Assembly: GCA_001790095.1 (NCBI GenBank)
Contig: MGBH01000001.1
Coordinates: forward strand, 990,001-1,022,000
Reading direction: 5' to 3'
Origin: Candidatus Saccharimonadota bacterium
GTDB lineage: Bacteria; Patescibacteriota; Microgenomatia; UBA1406; GWC2-37-13
DNA: 32,000 nucleotides
Part shown: one piece after another, positions 15,878 to 25,086 of the stretch
How the letters are laid out: each line of letters starts with the position of its first letter
Numbering within the stretch: the first letter of the stretch is position 1
The notes under the pieces: generated by a model
The model's input: the letters and a program-made list of their open reading frames with translations, nothing else
The model's database searches: none
What the model was told of the DNA's origin: nothing
Program-made: the position numbers and the translations under genes

Positions 15878-16687
15878 TCAATCAATTCTATTTACAGTAC
15901 TAAACAGCAATAGATTAGGATCCAAGACACCATTTTCTAGAAAGTTCATTAACGAAGTATGATAATTTGGATCTTCTAAAAAAGGCTTCATTACGTTTTG
16001 ATAGAAAACCCAATTAGAATCCATACCTCTAAGACTGGTAAATTGTAGTAAGATCATTACGTCTCCTCGTTGAGCGTTTGAAGTAAAAGGATGTGATTCT
16101 TCAATAAAGCTTTTCCACCAATTAAAATCTTGTAACTGTTCAGGGGTGGGAGCAAAAGTTATACCCGCCTGACTCATAAATGTCGTTGTGGCTTCTATCG
16201 TCTGTCCATTGATATATATTGTGCCATCAGAAGCTCTCACAACAAGGTTTTGCGCAAAATTGACAACCTGTCCATCTATAACATAACTACCTTGAAATCT
16301 AACCAGTGAGTCTCCTACTCTTTCCTCGTTTAAATATAGAGGTTCTGCCCCATATTCTGCTCCATGATAAAAAGCACGTATATTATACCAATCTGTTCTG
16401 TTGTCTCCGCTTTTGGTAGACGAGGCGAAAACATCTTTATATTTAGAACCAACCTTTATTTCAATCTGTTTGTTTAATGGCAATAATGTGAACTTTTTTT
16501 CTTCTTCCTTTTCGCGGATATACTGAACAAGCAGTATCATAATAAAGACAAATTCGATAAAAAAGATAAAGAAGAATAAAAAGAAAATAGGACTTGGTTT
16601 TTTACGCCTAGCGGTGCGAGAAATATCATTATGAAGCGGGTGATTTACAACCATATATTCATTATAACGCAACTGCAGAAAAATCAA
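15878..16687 (-). CDS. membrane-anchored protein carrying the shared ~177-aa C-terminal domain (paralogous to the C-terminus of the 801-aa lipoprotein)
   Basis: 269-aa track ORF that starts at TTG. The more likely start is ATG 16654 (MVVNHPL...), with TATAAT (16666..16661) 6 nt upstream. TM segment 'IFFLFFFIFFIEFVFIMILLV'. Residues 93-269 are almost identical to the C-terminus of the 17974..20379 product. Confidence 0.6.
   Translation of the reverse strand: MIFLQLRYNEYMVVNHPLHNDISRTARRKKPSPIFFLFFFIFFIEFVFIMILLVQYIREKEEEKKFTLLPLNKQIEIKVGSKYKDVFASSTKSGDNRTDWYNIRAFYHGAEYGAEPLYLNEERVGDSLVRFQGSYVIDGQVVNFAQNLVVRASDGTIYINGQTIEATTTFMSQAGITFAPTPEQLQDFNWWKSFIEESHPFTSNAQRGDVMILLQFTSLRGMDSNWVFYQNVMKPFLEDPNYHTSLMNFLENGVLDPNLLLFSTVNRID
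15899..16413. repeat. 515-bp direct repeat, copy 1 (partner 17998-18512)
   Basis: Constant offset of 2099 nt with no indels. 16015-16413 equals 18114-18512 exactly (399 bp, checked line by line). A ~62-bp patch (15954-16014) carries ~23 substitutions. The distal ~55 bp are identical again. Confidence 0.9.
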
Positions 16688-16712
16688 AGCTAAAAAATAC
16701 TATAATAAAACC

Positions 16713-18002
16713 ATGGTTAGTTATCTTCCAAAAACCATCTTTGTTTTGTTTTTTACCCTTATTTTTTTACTTGAGGGCCTATCTTTTAAAAAAGGAAGAG
16801 AGATCTCATATGTACTTATTTTGTGTATGCCGTCTTTTTTATTTTACCTTCATTTTATGTTTAAAAATAGAATAAAATTAAGCCCGTTTGTGGGGTTTGT
16901 CAGCGCCCTTTATATTGTGTTTGTTTCGTTGTCTGCTCTTTCCTCTAAACAAATAAACGTCTCTATTGAGGGCGTATTACTTACAATTGCAGTCGTCTCA
17001 CTTTTTATTTATTCTTCATACCATAGAGACGAATTACAAAACATAGTCCTTGCTATGATAATGATTTTGTCATTTGTTTTTATCAGTCGTCATGTTTTGT
17101 ACCGATTAATACCAATTGATTTTGGAGGTCTACTTACTTTATCAGCATTTCAGTTTTTTTACTCTTTTTATCCAAACCATAATCAGCTTGGGACTTTTTT
17201 AACTCTTCCAATAATTACATGTTTTTTTTATCTCTTTTTTACTGCACCTTCTGTAAAGACACCAACAAGTGAGTCGTTTATCAAAAAGACAATGTCGTGG
17301 CTTCTTACAAAAAAACATATATTACTTATACTCTTTTACTTTCCTTTTTTTATTTTTTCTTATTCCCGCTCGAGTTACAATTCCGTATTTTGGACCTTTA
17401 TCCTGATGTTGTTCTATAATAGAAAAATTCTTTTTTCAAACAATTTTTTTTCTAAGAAAAAGATCGTTTTTATTATTTTGTTTGGAATCATTGTTTTGCT
17501 TATGTTTTTTATCACTGTAGAAGAAGTAAAAAGTATTCCGATTATATCTTCTCTTCATGTATGGTTACAAAAATATGCAGGTCTCGGTGGAAAAAGTTTT
17601 CTCTCAGGAAGATTCTTAATGTTCTCTGACATGTTACAAAGAGCTGAAGGAAAATACTTATTAGGGCTCGGCAAACCTCTTATATACTCTCAATCATATA
17701 CTCTCCATACAAATATTGGGTGGCCATCCCATAGTCTGATAGTCGACATCATCGCAAAACAGGGTTTGTTAAGTTTTTTTGCTTTTGTATTACTTCATGT
17801 AGTTATATTTGTCAAATCAGATAAAAGAAGTGTTTTTTTCTATCTCTGGATCAACCTTTTCATTAATTTTCTTACAAATTGGAGCTACACATTCTATTCT
17901 TTATATTGTATATACTTTATCCTACCTGGATTGATCCCTGTTATCCTTTCTTCATCTACTCAAAATAAACAATTTATTCGATCATTCTACCCAATTGACT
18001 AA
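16713..18002 (+). CDS. polytopic membrane protein, O-antigen ligase/polymerase (Wzy_C)-like
   Basis: 429 aa with many TM segments. 'FSYSRSSY' and 'SGRFLMFSDML..GLG..WPSHSLIVDIIAKQGLLSFFAFVLL' resemble the Wzy_C pattern (SR..., R..w, G-x-G, aHN.yl..l.e.G..G). TATAAT at 16701-16706 lies 6 nt before the ATG. Confidence 0.5.
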   Translation: MVSYLPKTIFVLFFTLIFLLEGLSFKKGREISYVLILCMPSFLFYLHFMFKNRIKLSPFVGFVSALYIVFVSLSALSSKQINVSIEGVLLTIAVVSLFIYSSYHRDELQNIVLAMIMILSFVFISRHVLYRLIPIDFGGLLTLSAFQFFYSFYPNHNQLGTFLTLPIITCFFYLFFTAPSVKTPTSESFIKKTMSWLLTKKHILLILFYFPFFIFSYSRSSYNSVFWTFILMLFYNRKILFSNNFFSKKKIVFIILFGIIVLLMFFITVEEVKSIPIISSLHVWLQKYAGLGGKSFLSGRFLMFSDMLQRAEGKYLLGLGKPLIYSQSYTLHTNIGWPSHSLIVDIIAKQGLLSFFAFVLLHVVIFVKSDKRSVFFYLWINLFINFLTNWSYTFYSLYCIYFILPGLIPVILSSSTQNKQFIRSFYPID

Positions 18003-20379
18003 ACAGCAATAGATTAGGATCCAAGACACCATTTTCTAGAAAGTTCATTAATGAGGCATGATAAGTTTCATCATTTAAGAAGGATGCCATAAAATTTTGA
18101 TTGAAAGTCCAGCTAGAATCCATACCTCTAAGACTGGTAAATTGTAGTAAGATCATTACGTCTCCTCGTTGAGCGTTTGAAGTAAAAGGATGTGATTCTT
18201 CAATAAAGCTTTTCCACCAATTAAAATCTTGTAACTGTTCAGGGGTGGGAGCAAAAGTTATACCCGCCTGACTCATAAATGTCGTTGTGGCTTCTATCGT
18301 CTGTCCATTGATATATATTGTGCCATCAGAAGCTCTCACAACAAGGTTTTGCGCAAAATTGACAACCTGTCCATCTATAACATAACTACCTTGAAATCTA
18401 ACCAGTGAGTCTCCTACTCTTTCCTCGTTTAAATATAGAGGTTCTGCCCCATATTCTGCTCCATGATAAAAAGCACGTATATTATACCAATCTGTTCTGT
18501 TGTCTCCGCTTTCTTGAGAGGAGATAAAGACATTTTCAAGAGAATCCATACCCTGCTCTTCTGCCATTTCTTGCACTCTTGTTTCCCATAGCTTTGCGTC
18601 AGCTTCTCTAACAACCGATAAATCTGATAGAGCTATCTGAGATGTATCTTTAGGAGTTTGCACCCAGACTGATACATCACGATTTTGATCTACGAAAAAG
18701 GGGTTACTAAGACCAATGGTTATGTCTGCTTCTCCTTCTTGAATAATAGTTACAGAAAGTCCATCTTCTGAGATACGTATTGATCCATCAAATACCGCGC
18801 CTCCGGCAGAGGAAGAAAAACTCGCAAGCTCTGTCCTATCCACACTGCCCCCTCTTTTGCTGATAAACCCTTCGCTTTGCAATATCCAGTTTCCGTCTCT
18901 TTGCAAGAGATACAGCTTATTGCCCGATGATCCGTCTTGAGATGATATAAATACCAAACCGCTTTCATAGGATCCTTCTGTTTGCACTTCCATCTGTGCA
19001 TGCAAAGCTCTGTTTGGATTTGCATCAACAGTAAAACTACCAACCCCTGCACTTTCTCTATAGATAGTTGACTCCCCGATAAGCTGCTGCTCAACGACCG
19101 ATGGCGCATCAATCTGAGGGACTCCATCCAAATTACCCGTATACTCACTTATCGGCATATATGCTGCATGCTGTACTCCATCATTTTCATAGGTTACTAC
19201 AACAAACGTGTCACTGATAACACCTGTTGCTTGTATGACTACTCCCTCTGCTGGTGAGTTAAGTGAGTTTGCAAAAGAGTCAGGCATGTCATATATACGT
19301 AGTGTACCTGTGCTTGTCATCGTTTCAGCTACTTCTCCTGACTCTTGTGTTGATTCTTGTGTCGGTTGCCCTGCTACTGGCTGATCTGCGGCAACGAGCA
19401 TGATATCAGGATTTATACGGGTGACATTGACCCAACTCACCAAAGCTCCATCATTGTTATAATATCCAAGTATGATTTGAGTAGTGGAAGGATCACCGTC
19501 TCCTAAATTGTCATAGGTTAAATAAGGATGAGTGCCTGGCGGCGCCTCAACCACAGCAAGCTCAAGTAGATCATAATCTGTGGCACTTAAGCCCTGAGGT
19601 AAAAGTGATTGAAATGGAAAAAATGTTTGTGCGCTTTCATCCCAAACTTGCGGTAGGATAAAATTATTTGTACCTCTTTCAAAAAAAGCCATTGACCATC
19701 CATCCTGAGGCACTGAACGGGTTATGTAATAATAGTGCTGATCAAACCAACTCTGGATCGCATCATCTGAGGCAGGATCAACCTGTTCGTTTGGGTGAGC
19801 GATATTCCAATCCTGTACCAGCTTATTGGTCATCAGCTGTAGATATTGTGTTGCCAGCTGTGCTCTGTCGGCAGAATATTCTGGGTCCGAGGAATCAAAA
19901 ATGTGCGGTCTATCAGGATCATAATACGTATCAGAACTATCTATGTGTGATCCCATCCTGCTCACATTTACCCCATCAGGAATCGGTGCAAAATTGCTTG
20001 AGCTTGCTGGATATGCATAAACAAGTTGGCTTTCTGGAGTATTTGTTACAGTTGAAGTAGCTGTAGATTCTTGGGTATTAGTAGCGTGTAAAGTAGGCGT
20101 AGCCCTTTCTTGAGTTGAAGTAGCTGACGCTGTAACTGTGGGAGTAGCAGTATCAGTAGCTGTAGATGTAGATGTAGCTGTAGCTGTCTCAGTTTCGGGT
20201 GCTCCTGGACTTCCGCATCCTGCCAACACCAATGATGCTGCAGCAGGCATTGCCACTCTTGCAATAGGAGATCTCATTATCTGTCCACCATAAACAGCTG
20301 GCTTTACACCAGCTCCGTTTACGTTACTAATTGCACTTTTATCAAGGTTTTTTGAATGACGCGTATGCAACTCACCCAT
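17974..20379 (-). CDS. surface lipoprotein with Thr/Ser/Ala-rich linker and shared C-terminal domain
   Basis: 801-aa track ORF. The likely true start is ATG 20277 (MRSPIARVAMPAAASLVLAGC, lipobox LAGC), preceded by GGTGGA. Low-complexity 'ETETATATSTSTATDTATPTVTASATSTQERATPT' follows the lipobox. The last ~178 aa are shared with the 15878..16687 product. Confidence 0.65.
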   Translation of the reverse strand: MGELHTRHSKNLDKSAISNVNGAGVKPAVYGGQIMRSPIARVAMPAAASLVLAGCGSPGAPETETATATSTSTATDTATPTVTASATSTQERATPTLHATNTQESTATSTVTNTPESQLVYAYPASSSNFAPIPDGVNVSRMGSHIDSSDTYYDPDRPHIFDSSDPEYSADRAQLATQYLQLMTNKLVQDWNIAHPNEQVDPASDDAIQSWFDQHYYYITRSVPQDGWSMAFFERGTNNFILPQVWDESAQTFFPFQSLLPQGLSATDYDLLELAVVEAPPGTHPYLTYDNLGDGDPSTTQIILGYYNNDGALVSWVNVTRINPDIMLVAADQPVAGQPTQESTQESGEVAETMTSTGTLRIYDMPDSFANSLNSPAEGVVIQATGVISDTFVVVTYENDGVQHAAYMPISEYTGNLDGVPQIDAPSVVEQQLIGESTIYRESAGVGSFTVDANPNRALHAQMEVQTEGSYESGLVFISSQDGSSGNKLYLLQRDGNWILQSEGFISKRGGSVDRTELASFSSSAGGAVFDGSIRISEDGLSVTIIQEGEADITIGLSNPFFVDQNRDVSVWVQTPKDTSQIALSDLSVVREADAKLWETRVQEMAEEQGMDSLENVFISSQESGDNRTDWYNIRAFYHGAEYGAEPLYLNEERVGDSLVRFQGSYVIDGQVVNFAQNLVVRASDGTIYINGQTIEATTTFMSQAGITFAPTPEQLQDFNWWKSFIEESHPFTSNAQRGDVMILLQFTSLRGMDSSWTFNQNFMASFLNDETYHASLMNFLENGVLDPNLLLFSQLGRMIE
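17998..18512. repeat. 515-bp direct repeat, copy 2 (partner 15899-16413)
   Basis: See copy 1. Confidence 0.9.
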
Positions 20380-20418
20380 ATTTTTGAGATCGGAAAATAT
20401 AACCTATATTAATAGTAT

Positions 20419-20447
20419 ATTATCTCATAGTTTTGTCAAGCTGTCAA
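20419..20447 (-). promoter_or_regulatory. sigma70-type promoter, TTGACA-17 nt-GATAAT, upstream of the lipoprotein gene
   Basis: On the minus strand: TTGACA (20447..20442), a 17-nt spacer, then GATAAT (20424..20419). A second overlapping TTGACA lies at 20439..20434. Confidence 0.55.
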
Positions 20448-20493
20448 TGATTTTTCGCTTTCCAACGGTCTATACATAACAAATATGTATATG

Positions 20494-23400
20494 CTACATC
20501 ACGTTCTGAAACTGCATTTTTTGTAACATCTCCATGACTCTTTCATTCCAAATAGCGCCTTGTTGTGCGGGGGTTAGACTGGCGACTTTTCCTTCAATAT
20601 CTTCCAGTCTGAAAAAATAATACGCTTCATCCAACACGTCCTGGAAATCACTCCACATTTCCCGCTTCATTTCATCAGCCATAGCTTCTTTCCCCGCTCT
20701 CATCCTGTCTGGTAGATTCGAGGCTGCCTCTGTCACAGCAAGAACACCTGAAGGTAAAACCTGAATCTTTCCTCGGACATGAGGCGGGAGCTGAACCTGA
20801 GCTGTTCCTAGCTTGGCTACTGCAAGTCCTAATGGAGTTCGACCCTCAGCCATATGGATGCCATGAGATTCGCGCACGCGAGCTGGTAAAAACTCATCAA
20901 GCCATGATCCTGCAAAGGTGATTTGAGGTAATTTTAGACCCGCTTTTATAAGACTTTCTGACCCTCCTTGTGGAGGAGCGGGTTCAATAAGAATTTGCCC
21001 CTTGTGCGGATCTATTGTCTTTTTAACCGAGCGTTCTGACAGCTCCGTCATAACTCTCACATATTGGTCCAACTTCCCCATAAATGCCATCTGCCACTCA
21101 CGAAGCCGTACATCTTTGATACCTATGTCAAGCAATGCCCTTTTTCTTTCTTCCTCTTGAGCACGAAGGTGAATGAGGTGCTCTTGAAACAGCTCTGTTT
21201 GCGCTTCATTGTCTCCCTTGATAGCCTGTTTCCAAAGATATTCAAATCGTTTGAGGCGTTTTTCGTGGAGCATATCTGCTCCATAGGCCCATTGTGTCAG
21301 GGGCGGTATAGATATCCTATCTATTAAATAAGCATTAGCAGGATCTCTTATATCTTTTTCTGATAATATCAAGTGTCGTAATCCTGGAATATCGCCCCTG
21401 CCTACACGCTGCAATTCTTGCCAAAGCTCGCGCTCAGTTGTGGCTCCTGACACAAATACCTCAGGCCCTCCCCGATCAATCACAGCCTCTTCCAGATTGT
21501 CCAATTGAAAATCCCGACGCGTCATTTGGCTCGTGATGACGATCGTGCCTGCGGTACAACCTGTTAAGGCCTTTTGAAGCGAACCACGCTCTTCAAGCTC
21601 TTCAGATGCAGTCACGACCCGAAGCCATGGTGGCCTCTCTATAGGAAGAGCTACTTGTGAGCTATCTCCTAGTTTTATTTGACGAAGCACCCGAAGTGCT
21701 CTCGGCCCACTAATTTCACGTTCTGCTTCTTCCATACTAACTACTCTCTGCTCCACTGTGTCTTCCTTACCCTTACCCTTACTAAGAAGTAAAAGGTGTT
21801 TTAAGATTTCTTCCTCCCTTGCCTCCATACTTTCTTGATTAATGAGTATTGATCCAGATTCATTTAACATTTTGATCGCTTGTTCTAAAAGATGTGCCTC
21901 CTGTGCATCGCGCATGATAAAAAGACCAACTCTTCCTTCTCTTTGGATACGTTTTGCCTCTTGAAAAAGCCTAAGCATTTTTCTTTCCTCAGATACAAAC
22001 ATCACATCAGCCAATCCTCCATCTAGACAGGTGGTTTGAAGGGTGTCGATTTTGTGTTTTGGCTGTCTTACCTGTTCATGCCTTTCTATTCTCAACACCT
22101 CAGCCTCATAAATATCCGCATAAGAGGATGCTACAGGGATAAGAGAACCTGAGGTAAATCTCAGCTTTTTATATTGTTTAAAGAGCTCAATAGGCGCTAC
22201 ACTATTGGTCGTACGCGACACCTTCATCTCATTAACAACTCGGTCGTAAAGGAGTTGAAACTGCGCATTGTCAATCCCCCTTTCTTTTTTTTCGTCCTGC
22301 TCCCATATGTTTTTTAACCGCAAAAAGACTTCATGTAAACCCTCAAGTTGTCTCTTTTGAAGAGGAAAGCCGCTCTCATCAAGGAGCGTTGCTTCTTTAC
22401 CGCCCAGATACTGCTTCTGCTCCTCTGATGCAAAAACGGTTTCAAGGGCACATCTGATCATGTCTGCGTCCTGCTCAACTATCACGTGTCTTGTTTGTGT
22501 ACCTCCACTTTGCGGGTCGGTTGAAAACTTAAAATATGATTGATTAATCTTGCTTAATACATCCTGAAGAATAGCTGAGGCTCTGTTATATGCTCTTTCT
22601 GATAGTTTTATGTGATCTCCTGCTTTAAAATAGTCCCTACCCTCACCTTCTTCAAAAAGATCCTTATATTCATATAGAGCATCCCAAAAACTAATAAGTA
22701 TTTCTTGTGTAATCTCTTGTCTTAAATCAGAAGGCATTGTCTTTCTTTCGAAACCCTTTATTTCTTGCATGGTTCTATCTCTTAAAGAGGAGGGTTTTCG
22801 TTTTTTTCTAGATTTTCTTATTTCTTGCGCAAGCCTATTTCGTTCCTCAACAGGCATTATGTCTTGTTCTCTTTGAACCTCTCTTATTCCCATCCATTTA
22901 TCAATATATTCCCATGCTTTTGCTCCCTGGATCGTCTCACTTTGGATCCATGTCTCATGGGCACGATCAAGCATCTCATCATCTGCTTCCTGCACAAGCG
23001 CTATTCTCCCCTGTTTGCTGTAAAAACCCGGGTCAATGGCTGTCACAGTTTTACCTGGTTGATAGTATTGAGACGCATGATCAAGATAAGTAAAACCGAC
23101 AGCATCAGTGGTTGCATATAGTATGGTGCTGTCCCAAACTTCCTGATGAGCTTTCTTGCCTTTTTGGGGGACTAGTTTACCGTTTTTATATATATACTCC
23201 AACCTTGTCCCCACAGGATCTCCTCCCCTCTCATTTTCTTCAACAGATAGATCTGTAGCCACACCTACTCTTATCCCGAGTTTTTTTGAATAAAAATCTC
23301 CTATGTTTTCTGCATGCTCCAAAGCTTTTGCATAAGATTGTTCAAGGATATGAACTTTTTCTCCCTGAAGGGCAAACATTGCTGCGATAAGCGCATTGGC

Positions 23401-23919
23401 TTCTGTTTTTCCCTCTCCCGTATCAAGCTGGATACCCCTGTTATCTGTCTCAAGTTTGCCGAATATATACTCACCCTTATTCAAAAGCATCTGCGTCATA
23501 TAACAAAGCTGGTTGTCGCGAAACACAAACTTCTTTCCCCTTTCAGCGGCATGCTGCTCATACAAAGCAGCCATATAGGCAGTTGTATCTTCAGCCCATT
23601 GGAGCTCTTTTTCTCCCCCTTTTGGAATACTTTTCCATCCTTCCCTTAATCTTTCCGTCACTTTTTGTCGTTTTTCTTGTTTTATCGCGGTTTTTTTATA
23701 TTGACTACGTAATTCTTTTATGGTTGGAAGAGAGTAAGTATAAAATTCATCCTGCATTTTGCCTGACCTGTCAATTGAGGCGAGTGTGCCAAACCACCCT
23801 TCTGCAGTTCTTTTTTCTTGCCAAGAAAAAAAACCTTTTGTTTGAAAAGGGTCATAGACCTTGGAGCGTTTTCTTTGTGGGGATGGATCTCCTTGTAGTC
23901 CTGTCTCTACTACTTGCAT
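20494..23919 (-). CDS. highly diverged SecA-family (SecA-like / accessory-SecA-like) protein
   Basis: 1141 aa, colinear with SecA (consensus recalled from memory). The pairs below give this protein first and SecA second. 'LDTGEGKTEANALIAAMFALQGEKVHIL' versus MRTGEGKTL..YLNAL.GKGVHVV. 'ILYATTDAVGFTYLDH' versus ITYGTNNEFGFDYLRDN. 'ALVQEADDEMLDRAHETWIQS' versus [20 protein letters not shown]. 'LLDESGFPLQKRQLEGLHEVFLRLKN' versus IVDEFTGR.M.GRR.S.GLHQAIEAKE. 'TSQMTRRDFQL' versus TNMAGRGTDI. 'GRGDIPGLRHLILSEKD' versus GRQGDPGSSRFYLSLED. Several catalytic-motif residues are substituted. There is an extra ~130-aa N-terminal extension. Confidence 0.7.
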   Translation of the reverse strand: MQVVETGLQGDPSPQRKRSKVYDPFQTKGFFSWQEKRTAEGWFGTLASIDRSGKMQDEFYTYSLPTIKELRSQYKKTAIKQEKRQKVTERLREGWKSIPKGGEKELQWAEDTTAYMAALYEQHAAERGKKFVFRDNQLCYMTQMLLNKGEYIFGKLETDNRGIQLDTGEGKTEANALIAAMFALQGEKVHILEQSYAKALEHAENIGDFYSKKLGIRVGVATDLSVEENERGGDPVGTRLEYIYKNGKLVPQKGKKAHQEVWDSTILYATTDAVGFTYLDHASQYYQPGKTVTAIDPGFYSKQGRIALVQEADDEMLDRAHETWIQSETIQGAKAWEYIDKWMGIREVQREQDIMPVEERNRLAQEIRKSRKKRKPSSLRDRTMQEIKGFERKTMPSDLRQEITQEILISFWDALYEYKDLFEEGEGRDYFKAGDHIKLSERAYNRASAILQDVLSKINQSYFKFSTDPQSGGTQTRHVIVEQDADMIRCALETVFASEEQKQYLGGKEATLLDESGFPLQKRQLEGLHEVFLRLKNIWEQDEKKERGIDNAQFQLLYDRVVNEMKVSRTTNSVAPIELFKQYKKLRFTSGSLIPVASSYADIYEAEVLRIERHEQVRQPKHKIDTLQTTCLDGGLADVMFVSEERKMLRLFQEAKRIQREGRVGLFIMRDAQEAHLLEQAIKMLNESGSILINQESMEAREEEILKHLLLLSKGKGKEDTVEQRVVSMEEAEREISGPRALRVLRQIKLGDSSQVALPIERPPWLRVVTASEELEERGSLQKALTGCTAGTIVITSQMTRRDFQLDNLEEAVIDRGGPEVFVSGATTERELWQELQRVGRGDIPGLRHLILSEKDIRDPANAYLIDRISIPPLTQWAYGADMLHEKRLKRFEYLWKQAIKGDNEAQTELFQEHLIHLRAQEEERKRALLDIGIKDVRLREWQMAFMGKLDQYVRVMTELSERSVKKTIDPHKGQILIEPAPPQGGSESLIKAGLKLPQITFAGSWLDEFLPARVRESHGIHMAEGRTPLGLAVAKLGTAQVQLPPHVRGKIQVLPSGVLAVTEAASNLPDRMRAGKEAMADEMKREMWSDFQDVLDEAYYFFRLEDIEGKVASLTPAQQGAIWNERVMEMLQKMQFQNVM

Positions 23920-25051
23920 AGTTATTATTGTATACCATAGAGCCTTTATGAGCCAGGAGATTTTGATAATGATATAACATGTGTTTTGCGTGGTAGTTTT
24001 TTATCCGTCTCAAAGATTGATCCGCATAATAATCGCGGATATGTCTGTCTGAAATAATAGTTGACATGTGTTTGGCCAAGCTCTTACTGTTTTGCATGGG
24101 AAACAACAAACCATATTTATTTTTTCCCAGGATCTCCCCTGGACCATAAGGAGTATCTGAACTTATGACTGGCAAACCGTAGGACATCGCCTCAAGTATG
24201 GCATAAGGGTACCCATCCCAGAGTGAAGAATAGACAAAACAGTCAGCCTTTTTTAGCAGTCGTCCTACATCATGCTGCCAACCATAAACAACTATGCGTG
24301 ATGAGATGTTTAGCTCGTTGATTTCTTTAAGTATCTTGTTTTTGTCTTCTCCATCTCCTACAAGATATAAATATGCTCTGGAGTACTTTTTTGTTATGGT
24401 AGAAAACGCCTTTAAAATCGTTGCTATGTCTTTTTGAGGGGAGAAGCGTGAAATGGTGATAAATATAAAGTTCCTTGAAGGTGATTTTTTTCTCGTAGGT
24501 ATTCTTTTTGTACCGTTATATATAACTTTAATCTCATGTTTTGGATAAAAGTACTTCTCCAAACCGCTTTTAACCCCCTGGGAAACCGCTATATAGATAT
24601 CGCTCTTGTCGTGAAATATAAGTCTCCCGGCCACCTTTAATAAAGGTATTAATACAGAATTCGATTTTGTCTTAAAAACCATCTCTACATTATTATGAAA
24701 AGTAAAAATGCTCTGTTGAGGAAACCAATTTATAAGCTTAACCAATCTCCATAATAAGCCTGCATGAAAATCAACACAGAGTACTTTATCCGGCTTCTTC
24801 TTTTTAACAAGCGCACTTATTAATACTATTTCTTTACATAGCAAAAAGAGGTTGGAGGGGGTCAGTGCATAGAAGGACGGAAGACTCTTTTTTGAAATAT
24901 AGGTGATATTGTGCTTTATTTTGCTTTCAACAGGTGACGGAGAAGGCTCCAGACATACAGTATGAAACTCCATGCTTTTTATGTTTGTAAGCTCTAAGAT
25001 AAACGTTCCAGTACCGCCACTTACACTTTTTGTAATAGTAAGGACCATCAT
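23852..25051 (-). CDS. GT4-family (glycosyl transferases group 1) glycosyltransferase
   Basis: 399 aa. N-terminal 'SVSGGTGTFILEL'. C-terminal-half motif 'YPYAILEAMSYGLPVISSDTPYGPGEIL' is typical of GT-B/GT4 enzymes. The 3' end overlaps the SecA-like ORF start by 68 nt. Confidence 0.8.
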   Translation of the reverse strand: MMVLTITKSVSGGTGTFILELTNIKSMEFHTVCLEPSPSPVESKIKHNITYISKKSLPSFYALTPSNLFLLCKEIVLISALVKKKKPDKVLCVDFHAGLLWRLVKLINWFPQQSIFTFHNNVEMVFKTKSNSVLIPLLKVAGRLIFHDKSDIYIAVSQGVKSGLEKYFYPKHEIKVIYNGTKRIPTRKKSPSRNFIFITISRFSPQKDIATILKAFSTITKKYSRAYLYLVGDGEDKNKILKEINELNISSRIVVYGWQHDVGRLLKKADCFVYSSLWDGYPYAILEAMSYGLPVISSDTPYGPGEILGKNKYGLLFPMQNSKSLAKHMSTIISDRHIRDYYADQSLRRIKNYHAKHMLYHYQNLLAHKGSMVYNNNYASSRDRTTRRSIPTKKTLQGL

Positions 25052-25086
25052 GTGTAAATCATTGTATAATACAAATCGTTGATCTT

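Noticed and set aside
15954-16014. Diversity-generating-retroelement-style variable region. A hypervariable patch near the C-terminus lies between two otherwise identical repeat copies (partner 18053-18113).
   Set aside because: The ~23 differences include all substitution types (transitions and transversions at A, C, G and T positions), not adenine-specific changes. No reverse transcriptase or template-repeat arrangement is present in the window. Mosaic recombination is the simpler explanation.
23314-23921. Antisense ORFs (23314..23649, 23583..23921) and others opposite the SecA-like gene
   Set aside because: They are shadow ORFs opposite a 1141-aa frame that shows colinear SecA motifs.
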